Shown one piece after another: positions 56,661 through 64,000 of a stretch of 64,000 nucleotides of DNA (its first letter is position 1; each line of letters begins with the position of its first letter). A program made the translations under genes and the position numbers. The notes under the pieces are model-generated. The model made no database searches, was not told where the DNA came from, and was given only the letters and a program-made list of their open reading frames with translations. The stretch lies in NCBI GenBank assembly GCA_943359325.1, contig CALRHD010000003.1, positions 12,081-76,080 on the forward strand, read 5' to 3'. This DNA comes from Candidatus Uhrbacteria bacterium. Lineage in GTDB: Bacteria > Patescibacteriota > Patescibacteriia > UBA9934.

Positions 56661-57080
56661 ATGTTTTCTTGGACTTCGACAAAAGTTGAAATACAACGAT
56701 TCGCTTCGATGGCGATTCTTATGGCCGTCGCGGGAATGTTTGTGGTTCTTTCCTGTTACGGTGAGTCAATGCAATTTAATAATGGTTTTGGCTTTCACCA
56801 GAGTTCCCAATCCTGCGAAGAACACATCAGTCAGCCGGGGGACGTCCATACGGACAAGTGCATCTTTGACGGAGTGGTTTTGCCTGAGGGAAACTCGTTC
56901 GCCGCCGCATTGTTGATCGTCGCTTTTTTCGTTCTCTTTCCAACATTTCCGGAGCGATACAATCGTTCGACAAAGATTTCGCGCATTTATAATCGGCTTA
57001 AACGCTGGGTTTGGGCGAAGAACCTTCCATTTTCTTTTCTTGGATTTTTTCCCTATTTCGCCGCAATTCGCGATTACTAA
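56661..57080 (+). CDS. Hypothetical membrane protein
   Basis: 139-aa ORF with two hydrophobic segments. Low confidence. Confidence 0.3.
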   Translation: MFSWTSTKVEIQRFASMAILMAVAGMFVVLSCYGESMQFNNGFGFHQSSQSCEEHISQPGDVHTDKCIFDGVVLPEGNSFAAALLIVAFFVLFPTFPERYNRSTKISRIYNRLKRWVWAKNLPFSFLGFFPYFAAIRDY

Positions 57081-57125
57081 CACTTCGAGTTAAGAGCCGT
57101 TTCTTTTAACTCTTATTTTTGTATT

Positions 57126-57908
57126 ATGTTTCACGATGAAAAAGGTGGATTCTTTGACGGAATCCGACCGAAGACGAGTTTCGTTTTCGGTTTAGTATCG
57201 GGCGTTGCCCTTATCTTGGTTCTGACGAGCGCTGGACTCTTGAGTACTGGTGCCTATATCAAATCTTCAGGAACGACTGGTGGAACGGTTGCTGTGGCTG
57301 ACGCCCTGCCGACAGCCGCCGCGACCGCAGTCAAAACGAAAACACCGACCGGAAAAGTCCCCGAGGTGACGAGTGCCGACCATATCCGCGGCAACAAGGA
57401 CGCCAAAGTGACGTTTATTGAGTACTCGGACTTCGAGTGCCCATTCTGCAAAAAGTTTGAACCGACCATGCAACAAATGGAAAAGGAGTACGGCGACAAG
57501 GTGAGGATTGTCTACCGCCACTTCCCGCTCTCGTTTCACCCAAACGCTCCAAAGGAAGCAGAAGCAGTCGAGTGCGCCAATGATCTCGGCGGCAACGATG
57601 CCTTCTGGAAATATCACGACGCCATCTTGGAGCGCACGACTTCCGGTGGTACTGGCTTTGCGCTGACCGACCTCGTTCCTCTCGCTAAGGAATTAGGACT
57701 CGACGAAGCGAAGTTTAAGGACTGCTTGGACACCGGCAAGTTCACAAAGCACGTGCAGGATGACGAGGCTGGTGGGGGCAGTGCAGGGATTACTGGCACG
57801 CCGGGATCGTTCATTATTGACGCCAAAGGTACCGCGCAGCTTGTTTCCGGAGCATTGCCGTATGCGTCAATCAAGTCGACTCTTGATGCGGCTCTTGCAG
57901 TGAAATAA
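57126..57908 (+). CDS. DsbA-family thiol:disulfide oxidoreductase (membrane-anchored)
   Basis: Thioredoxin-fold active site FECPFC. N-terminal TM. Confidence 0.8.
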   Translation: MFHDEKGGFFDGIRPKTSFVFGLVSGVALILVLTSAGLLSTGAYIKSSGTTGGTVAVADALPTAAATAVKTKTPTGKVPEVTSADHIRGNKDAKVTFIEYSDFECPFCKKFEPTMQQMEKEYGDKVRIVYRHFPLSFHPNAPKEAEAVECANDLGGNDAFWKYHDAILERTTSGGTGFALTDLVPLAKELGLDEAKFKDCLDTGKFTKHVQDDEAGGGSAGITGTPGSFIIDAKGTAQLVSGALPYASIKSTLDAALAVK

Positions 57909-57909
57909 T

Positions 57910-58191
57910 ATGGATGCTCGAAAGGAACGTGAAGCCTTTCGCGGCGCAATGAGTGAGGTGTTTCGTCCCCAGTGGCGCAAAACCACGTTCGCCCTCCTCG
58001 TTGTGGTGACGTTTCTCGTGTTCATCTGGATTCCTGTGGAGCTTACCCTGGGCAATAATTTCTTCTTCCTGAAGTACAATTGGCAGATCACGATTGCCGC
58101 GACGGCCCTTGTCTTGCTCGCGATCTGGTTTGCCGGAAGAAACATCGCTGACGGTTGCCGTTCGTGCGGGATTGAGGGACAATGCTCGTAA
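57910..58191 (+). CDS. Small 2-TM protein with C-terminal CxxC ... C
   Basis: Starts 1 nt after the DsbA stop. C-terminal GCRSCGIEGQC. Confidence 0.45.
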   Translation: MDARKEREAFRGAMSEVFRPQWRKTTFALLVVVTFLVFIWIPVELTLGNNFFFLKYNWQITIAATALVLLAIWFAGRNIADGCRSCGIEGQCS

Positions 58192-58246
58192 TAGTAATCG
58201 GGGGTCGGGAATGTTCCGGCCCCCACTAACAAAATACCGTCGACCT

Positions 58247-58645
58247 ATGAACAAGAAGTATTACATCGTGCTCGCGATCCTCGTGGCCATTATTGGTTTC
58301 AAGCTTTTCTCCTCCTCGTCCCAGTCTACGACCAGCGCCAGTGGTGGTGACTATCAGCTAAGCCTCGTGAGCGATCCAAACCCTCCGTCGACCGGCAAGG
58401 ATCTGTTGACTCTCTCCGTTATGGACAGCGCGGGAAAAGCAGTCGACGGTGCGACCGTGGTTTTGGACATCAACATGGCAACGATGAACATGGGCTCACA
58501 AAGCGGAACCGCCACGCCACAGGGGAGTGGGGCTTATCGGTTGAACGCCAACTTCAGCATGGGAGGCCCATGGAAGATTTCCGCAGCAGTGACCCTGCCT
58601 GACGGCCAGACGGTCAGCAAGGACTTTACCGTCAACGTGCGATGA
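58247..58645 (+). CDS. YtkA/FixH-like Ig-fold protein (copper-cluster accessory)
   Basis: N-terminal TM followed by a ~100-aa beta domain. Gene context is copper ATPase and HMA proteins. Confidence 0.5.
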   Translation: MNKKYYIVLAILVAIIGFKLFSSSSQSTTSASGGDYQLSLVSDPNPPSTGKDLLTLSVMDSAGKAVDGATVVLDINMATMNMGSQSGTATPQGSGAYRLNANFSMGGPWKISAAVTLPDGQTVSKDFTVNVR

Positions 58646-58963
58646 TCACTCTCTATCCAATTACTTCATTTTCGCTCCTCGGCCTGAACCTCTCGGTTCA
58701 CGGCCTGTTCATGGCGCTCGGTGCGCTGACGGGCTGGGTCGCTGCCAAGCGTCCAGCCCGGAAATGCAAGTTGGTGTTCAAATCCAGGGACGGTTGCCGC
58801 GTTCGTTGCGTTCGGCTTTGGCTTGGCTCGATTCCTCATCGACTTCTTGCGGGCTGACCCTTCCGGATACCGAATGATCTCGCAAAGCATGTCGCTCGGA
58901 ATCATGCTCGTCGCCGGATTCTTCCTGTTCAAAAAGCATAGAAGTATGATATATTTGCTCTGA
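58642..58963 (+). pseudogene. lgt: Remnant of prolipoprotein diacylglyceryl transferase (internal deletion plus frameshift)
   Basis: The N-terminal frame gives LGLNLSVHGLFMALGALTGWVAAKR (Lgt N-terminus). A second frame gives GTVAAFVAFGFGLARFLIDFLRADP (Lgt C-terminal signature G ... R ... EF.R.PD). The total is ~100 aa, against ~270 aa expected. Confidence 0.45.
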
Positions 58964-58966
58964 TCT

Positions 58967-59344
58967 ATGCGTCAGTTTTTCCTCACATTTTTGCTCGTCG
59001 TGACTGCCGCCGTCAGTTTGATGTTCGGCGGAATGGCCGTTATGAACCACGGCGTTGGCATGATGATGCCGGGTGATAATTGCATGAACGGTGTATGTGC
59101 GACCACGTCCCAAACGGGTGGGATGGACGGTGCCACCTGCCTGTCGCATTGCATCCAAGCTGCGACGGTGAATAGCATCGTCCCCATGAGCACGAGCGTT
59201 CAGTCACTGATTCTCTTTTTCGTCGCCATTCTTTTCGCGAGCGTGTTCAAAGCGGAACCTGTCTCACAATTTTTTAGAACCGACAACGCCATAGGAAAAC
59301 TCCTCCTCAAACGCCAACTTTCAACCGTCATCATCCGGGATTAA
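58967..59344 (+). CDS. Met/Cys-rich membrane protein (putative copper-binding)
   Basis: MNHGVGMMMPGDNCMNGVCATTSQTGGMDGATCLSHC lies between two TM helices. Confidence 0.5.
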   Translation: MRQFFLTFLLVVTAAVSLMFGGMAVMNHGVGMMMPGDNCMNGVCATTSQTGGMDGATCLSHCIQAATVNSIVPMSTSVQSLILFFVAILFASVFKAEPVSQFFRTDNAIGKLLLKRQLSTVIIRD

Positions 59345-59413
59345 TTTTAGCCGGGCGGGAGCTTTTGTTTTGCTCTCGCTCGGTTTTTATTTATCCGCAT
59401 TAAACCATTCGCT

Positions 59414-60838
59414 ATGTTTAAAAGTTCAGAAAATATCTTCGAAGTCCGGATCGATGGGATGACCTGTCGAAGCTGCGAGATCATCATTGAAAGAAAGTTC
59501 GGCAAGCTCCCTTGGGTGAAACGTGCCGACGTTGATGCAAATCGAGGAATCGCAACACTCGTCTGCCAAGAAGGATGCTCCATTGATCTTGATGCCTTGA
59601 AAAATTCGCTCGACGCGGACAGTAAGTACTCCCTGCGAGGTGTCATCGAAAACAAGCAGACACACGGTGCCTCCGCATCCGAAGTATCAGAACGCCCACC
59701 CCTCATGCGGCTCATCGGCATCTTCGCCCTCGTTCTTCTGGCATGGTCGTTATTCAACAAAGCCGGAGTCCTCGGGGCACAGACGTCAACCGGCAGCACC
59801 GTTACGTTCGCCGCCGCGCTCGTCCTTGGACTCGTCGCCGGAACATCGTCATGTCTTGCGGTGGCCGGCGGACTCCTTTTGTCGAGCGCGGGAAAGTTCC
59901 GTGAGCGTTACGGCGATGCATCGCCGTTGCAACGCATGAAGCCCGTCGCCCTGTTTGTTGCCGGCCGCACCCTCTCTTACGGCATTCTTGGTGGACTAAT
60001 CGGGCTTCTGGGAACAGCGTTGACGTTCTCTCCCGCATTCACGGGCGCTCTGACGCTTCTTGCTGCTGTCTACATGATCGTCATGGGTCTCGAGATGCTG
60101 CACATCGCACCAAAATGGCTCAAGGGACTCATGCCGCGCATGCCAAAGTCGATCGGTCGCCGCATCGTGGACGCGGAAGGAAAGGAACACTGGAGCGCGC
60201 CAATGCTCCTTGGCGCCGCAACCTTCTTTCTGCCGTGCGGATTCACCCAGTCCTTGCAGCTTTATGCACTCACCACAGGAAGCTTCGTGGCAAGCGGCTT
60301 GATCCTCACGGGGTTCGCCATCGGAACGGCTCCCGCCCTTCTGGCGCTAGGCTGGGCTTCGAGTTCGCTCAAGGGCAAGGCTGGAAAGTTCTTCTTCCAG
60401 TTCGCCGGGGCACTGGTCATCGTGCTTGGACTCTTCAACATGCAAAACGGACTGACCATTGCCGGCTACCCACTCTCCTGGCCGACCTTTAACTTCCAGC
60501 CAAACGTGTCAGCCGCTTCTGGGTCGGCGCTAGCCGCCGCAGATCCGAACGTCCAAATTGAAAAAGGGACGCAGGTCATTCGCATGAAGATCACCGGCAT
60601 GGACCCGTACTACGAACCGAGCACGAGCTACACGGTCAAGGCGGGAGTTCCCGTTCGTTGGGAAATTGACGGCGCGGGCACCGGATGCCGTTCGATCCTG
60701 CAGGTTCCGAAGCTTGGCATCAGCCAGGACGTGAGCAACCCGTCGACCGTCATTAACTTCACGCCGGACAAGCCTGGGTCGTATGCGTTTAGCTGTTCCA
60801 TGGGGATGTTCCGCGGAACGCTGAACGTCACTTCGTAA
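59414..60838 (+). CDS. Fusion protein: N-terminal HMA domain, DsbD_2/TauE-SafE-like permease, C-terminal cupredoxin-like domain
   Basis: GMTCRSCE metal-binding site. A 6-8 TM domain with FLPCGFTQ. C-terminal beta domain with FSCSMGMFRG, a cupredoxin-type Cys ... Met region. Confidence 0.7.
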   Translation: MFKSSENIFEVRIDGMTCRSCEIIIERKFGKLPWVKRADVDANRGIATLVCQEGCSIDLDALKNSLDADSKYSLRGVIENKQTHGASASEVSERPPLMRLIGIFALVLLAWSLFNKAGVLGAQTSTGSTVTFAAALVLGLVAGTSSCLAVAGGLLLSSAGKFRERYGDASPLQRMKPVALFVAGRTLSYGILGGLIGLLGTALTFSPAFTGALTLLAAVYMIVMGLEMLHIAPKWLKGLMPRMPKSIGRRIVDAEGKEHWSAPMLLGAATFFLPCGFTQSLQLYALTTGSFVASGLILTGFAIGTAPALLALGWASSSLKGKAGKFFFQFAGALVIVLGLFNMQNGLTIAGYPLSWPTFNFQPNVSAASGSALAAADPNVQIEKGTQVIRMKITGMDPYYEPSTSYTVKAGVPVRWEIDGAGTGCRSILQVPKLGISQDVSNPSTVINFTPDKPGSYAFSCSMGMFRGTLNVTS

Positions 60839-60920
60839 TCTCCATCAACGGAACCACGGATTCAGCTCGACTGAAAAAGGAAATCGAGGCACTCGGAGAA
60901 TATAAAGTCGAGGAAACGCT

Positions 60921-61424
60921 ATGAGAAAAAATAAACTGACGGTTCTTTGGTACGTCATTCCGGCACTGTTCATCGTCGGGCTCATTGTCTTCGCGGCCAC
61001 GCGCCCGCGTCCAGGAGAGTCAATCGTGAGCCAGGGAAACAAGCATCTCAAAACCGCAGAAGAACAGCACGATCCGTATAATACCTCGCCCCCCACTTCA
61101 GGTCCGCATATGAGTGGCAAAGCGGACTGGGGAGTCCATGAGACACAGATTCAGGACGAACTCCAAATTCACAACCTTGAGGATGGCGGGATCATCGTCC
61201 ACTATGATCCGGCCAAGGTGGACGAAGCGATCATCAAAACGTTAACAGACCTTGTCGGTACGTATAAGGAAAAAGTTATTCTTGAACCGTACGCAAGTTT
61301 AGAGACACCGATCGTGCTCACGGCATGGACGCGCATCGACAAGCTGCTGTCTCTCGACGAGCAACGGATCAAGGAATTCATCAACGCTTACAAAGGCATC
61401 GATCACCACGTCGCTGGCGGTTAA
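60921..61424 (+). CDS. DUF3105 domain protein
   Basis: N-terminal TM. Conserved TSGPH and the DGGIIVHYDP core. Confidence 0.6.
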   Translation: MRKNKLTVLWYVIPALFIVGLIVFAATRPRPGESIVSQGNKHLKTAEEQHDPYNTSPPTSGPHMSGKADWGVHETQIQDELQIHNLEDGGIIVHYDPAKVDEAIIKTLTDLVGTYKEKVILEPYASLETPIVLTAWTRIDKLLSLDEQRIKEFINAYKGIDHHVAGG

Positions 61425-61489
61425 ATAACGACCTGCACGTATGTTTCACGAAGAAAGCAAATCACCAACCGGACTCTGGGATGCCCGCG

Positions 61490-61717
61490 TCATTCTTTCC
61501 CGCGACTATACGCGAAGAGGTGCCCAGCCATCCCAATACCAAGACCGACGATCCCCAAAGGGAAAAGACGACCTCCAACCAAAAGGAACCCGATCCCGAT
61601 CCCGGCACTAATGTGAATCATGTCCGTAAAAAAGATATGCTGACTGAAGTACGAGAACATGCGTCTGATGTGTGAGCCAATCGTGGGTAGTTTAAACAGG
61701 CGTTCATCGATGGTCAT
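61490..61717 (-). CDS. Small membrane protein (hypothetical)
   Basis: 75 aa, glycine-rich TM helices, adjacent to copA. Confidence 0.35.
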   Translation of the reverse strand: MTIDERLFKLPTIGSHIRRMFSYFSQHIFFTDMIHISAGIGIGFLLVGGRLFPLGIVGLGIGMAGHLFAYSRGKE

Positions 61718-61741
61718 AGGAGAGAGAATAAATTATTAAAA

Positions 61742-64000
61742 CTAGAGTTTTTTTGCTTTCAATCGCAACGAATTACTGACAACCGATACGCTCGAGAAGG
61801 CCATCGCCAAACCCGCGAACACTGGAGAGAGAAGGATGCCGAAGAATGGGTAGAGCAGACCGCCCGCCACCGGAATGCCGACGACGTTATAGAAGAACGC
61901 CCAGAACAGATTTTGCTTGATGCCGCGCATGGTCAGCTTGGACAAGCGGATGGCTTTGACGAGCTTGGAGATATCGCCATGAAGAAGGGTGATCCCAGCC
62001 GTCTCGATCGCCACGTCCGTTCCTGTGCCCATGGCAACGCCGACATCGGCCTGAGCCAGTGCAGGAGCGTCGTTGACCCCATCCCCAGCCATCGCCACAA
62101 TTTCCCCTTTGCTTTGCAACTCTTTTATTTTCCTAAGCTTATCCTCCGGCAAAACTTCCGCAACGACGTCGTCGATGCCGACCTCGTTTGCAATTGCAAG
62201 CGCAGCGTTTTTATCGTCGCCGGTTAGCATGACGACTTTGATGCCGAGCTTGTGAAGATTTTTTACGGCATCAATCGCCTCGGGCTTCACGGCATCAGCA
62301 ACCATCACGACGGCAAGCACGTTGTCTTTTGTCGTAAGAATCACCGGTGTTCGTCCTTCGGACGTTTCCGCCTTCAAAGACTCCACGTCGAAGGATAATC
62401 CAAGATCAACAAGGAGCTTCACGTTGCCAGCGAAATATTCAGCCCCGCTCACGGTCCCTTTCAGTCCTTTGCCTTTAAGGATTTCAAAATTGTCGACGGC
62501 GAGCAATTCGATCTTCTTTTCTTTGGCGTAAACGCTGACCGCATGGGCAATCGGATGCTCAGACTTGCTCTCGAGTGATGCGAGAATAGCGACGATCTCG
62601 TCATCTTTTCGATCCGAGTGATTTTTAATGCTCGTGAGCTCTGGCTTGCCTTTAGTAATCGTTCCCGTCTTATCAACGACCACCGTTGTTACTTGGTGGA
62701 GCTTCTCGAGCGTCGCCGCATCCTTGATGAGAATCCCTTCCTTGGCACCTTTCCCAACTCCTACGATGATCGCCGTCGGCGTTGCTAAACCGAGAGCGCA
62801 AGGACAAGCGATCACCAGAATCCCAACAAACGAGGTCAGGCCATAAGAAAGCGCTTGCGAGAAACCGAGGGATGAAGAGCCGATGATCAACCATCCGGCG
62901 AGAGACACGAAGGCAAGGACGAGCACGACAGGGACGAATACGGCGGAAATCTTGTCCGCCAATGCTTGAATCGGTGCTTTACTGCCCTGTGCTTCCTCAA
63001 CCATCTTGATGATGCTCGCAAGCAGTGTTTCCGATCCGACTTTGGTCGCCTTGAAAGTGAAAGTACTATTGGTGTTCAGCGTACCAGCAACGACTGTGTC
63101 TCCGATGGTCTTTTCGACTGGCATCGGTTCACCGGTTACCATCGCCTCGTCGATAAAAGATGTGCCTTCAGTAATTACGCCGTCGACGGGGATTTTCGCC
63201 CCAGGTTTGACGATGATCAAATCGCCGTGCACAACCTCACCGATCGGCACCTCTTGTTCCTTCCCGTCACGAATAACCAGTGCAGTCTTGGCCTGTAGAT
63301 TCAAGAGCTTCTCAATAGCATCGCCGGTTTTTACTTTTGCTCTGGCTTCGAGATATTTCCCGAGCGTAATGAAGGCAATGACGACAATAGTCACGTCGTA
63401 ATAGGTATGCTCAACATTGATGAATGGACGCAGTGTTTCCTCAAGTGCGGTGATAATAAAACTGTAGATGTAGGCAACGAGCGTGCCGAGACCAATCAGC
63501 GTATCCATGTTGGCCTTGCCGTAGCGCAAAAAACGATAAAGACCGAGAAGGTATGGCTTGCCCACGACGAACAGGATGTACGTCGCCATGAGGGGAAGGA
63601 GGTGGTGGAAGAACTCACTCCACACGTACGGCATCTTCGTCATCCAGCCTAACTGGGCAAGAATGTCCCAGCCCATGATGAAGATGCTGATGATGGTCAT
63701 GGGGACTGCCGAGAGCACCATCTTTCGCATCGACTCAATCTCCGCCAGCTTCTCCTTTTTTGATTGGTTCATGCCGAGATGGTCGGCGTGCTCGCTCTGG
63801 CTTATGTTCATAGACTCCGCCGTTGGGACAGCGAGCGTGTAACCGAGCGGCTCGATGTGATCGGACATTTTTTGGGGGTTGGTAAGGGTATTGTCGAAGA
63901 CAATCTTGGCCGCTTCGGTGCCGTAATTCACAGACACGTCCTGCACCCCGCTGGTCTTTTTGAGCGCCCTCTCGATAATGTTGGCGCAGGAGGCGCAGTG
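61742..64000 (-). CDS. copA: Copper-translocating P1B-type ATPase, 5' partial (continues beyond the window end)
   Basis: HMA CxxC ([10 protein letters not shown]) at the window edge, TM CPC motif [19 protein letters not shown] and [10 protein letters not shown]. Confidence 0.9.
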   Translation of the reverse strand, partial: HCASCANIIERALKKTSGVQDVSVNYGTEAAKIVFDNTLTNPQKMSDHIEPLGYTLAVPTAESMNISQSEHADHLGMNQSKKEKLAEIESMRKMVLSAVPMTIISIFIMGWDILAQLGWMTKMPYVWSEFFHHLLPLMATYILFVVGKPYLLGLYRFLRYGKANMDTLIGLGTLVAYIYSFIITALEETLRPFINVEHTYYDVTIVVIAFITLGKYLEARAKVKTGDAIEKLLNLQAKTALVIRDGKEQEVPIGEVVHGDLIIVKPGAKIPVDGVITEGTSFIDEAMVTGEPMPVEKTIGDTVVAGTLNTNSTFTFKATKVGSETLLASIIKMVEEAQGSKAPIQALADKISAVFVPVVLVLAFVSLAGWLIIGSSSLGFSQALSYGLTSFVGILVIACPCALGLATPTAIIVGVGKGAKEGILIKDAATLEKLHQVTTVVVDKTGTITKGKPELTSIKNHSDRKDDEIVAILASLESKSEHPIAHAVSVYAKEKKIELLAVDNFEILKGKGLKGTVSGAEYFAGNVKLLVDLGLSFDVESLKAETSEGRTPVILTTKDNVLAVVMVADAVKPEAIDAVKNLHKLGIKVVMLTGDDKNAALAIANEVGIDDVVAEVLPEDKLRKIKELQSKGEIVAMAGDGVNDAPALAQADVGVAMGTGTDVAIETAGITLLHGDISKLVKAIRLSKLTMRGIKQNLFWAFFYNVVGIPVAGGLLYPFFGILLSPVFAGLAMAFSSVSVVSNSLRLKAKKL

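Noticed and set aside
58642-59193. ORFs 58642..58857 (+), 58666..58932 (-) and 58778..59158 (-) as separate small genes
   Set aside because: 58642 and the following frame together reproduce the N-terminal and C-terminal Lgt signatures, so they are treated as one pseudogene remnant. The minus-strand ORFs are antisense to it and to the Met-rich protein gene.

Overview
This 64-kb window looks like a compact, gene-dense genome with Patescibacteria/CPR-like content. That placement is an inference from DUF5667, DUF3105 and DUF192 proteins, many leaderless promoters, giant surface proteins and a split dcw cluster. The window is almost fully coding and mostly on the + strand.

Gene content, in order:
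- Three tandem paralogous secreted or lipoprotein genes built from Cys/Asp-rich MopE-like repeats.
- A large surface-glycan locus: O-antigen-ligase-like, four GT4, two GT2, UXS-like epimerase, DUF2304, a WecA/MraY-family transferase and a further GT-B-like enzyme.
- An excisionase-family HTH gene and an ECF sigma / anti-sigma pair, followed by a 1433-aa repeat-rich surface protein, a TPR protein and an S8 protease with FG-GAP repeats.
- Housekeeping genes: rpmB, SpoU-family (TrmH-like) tRNA/rRNA methyltransferase, tgt, a membrane-anchored ClpC-like ATPase, rplU, gmk, an S41 protease, NUDIX, rplI, pyrG, rpmA and an Nfu-like protein.
- A rearranged dcw block (mraY-ftsW-murG, a low-GC tRNA-Lys/hicBA insertion, then murD-murE-ftsB-like-PpiC).
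- tRNA-Gly, tRNA-Thr, ftsEX, an ABC-F ATPase and tRNA-Gln.
- A low-GC restriction-modification islet bounded by ~90-bp direct repeats that start with the 3' end of tRNA-Gln.
- A copper-homeostasis cluster: DsbA, YtkA-like, an lgt remnant, a Met-rich protein, an HMA/DsbD_2/cupredoxin fusion, DUF3105 and copA (5' partial).

Mobile or repeat elements:
- An IS200-like/RAYT Y1 transposase flanked by REP-like palindrome doublets, with a third solo REP copy.
- Four copies of a GGCGTCTGGGACG palindromic core.
- Three copies of GGGGTCAGGTCT immediately after stop codons.
- A ~40-bp repeat capping the 3' ends of two GT4 genes.

No rRNA or CRISPR array was seen.
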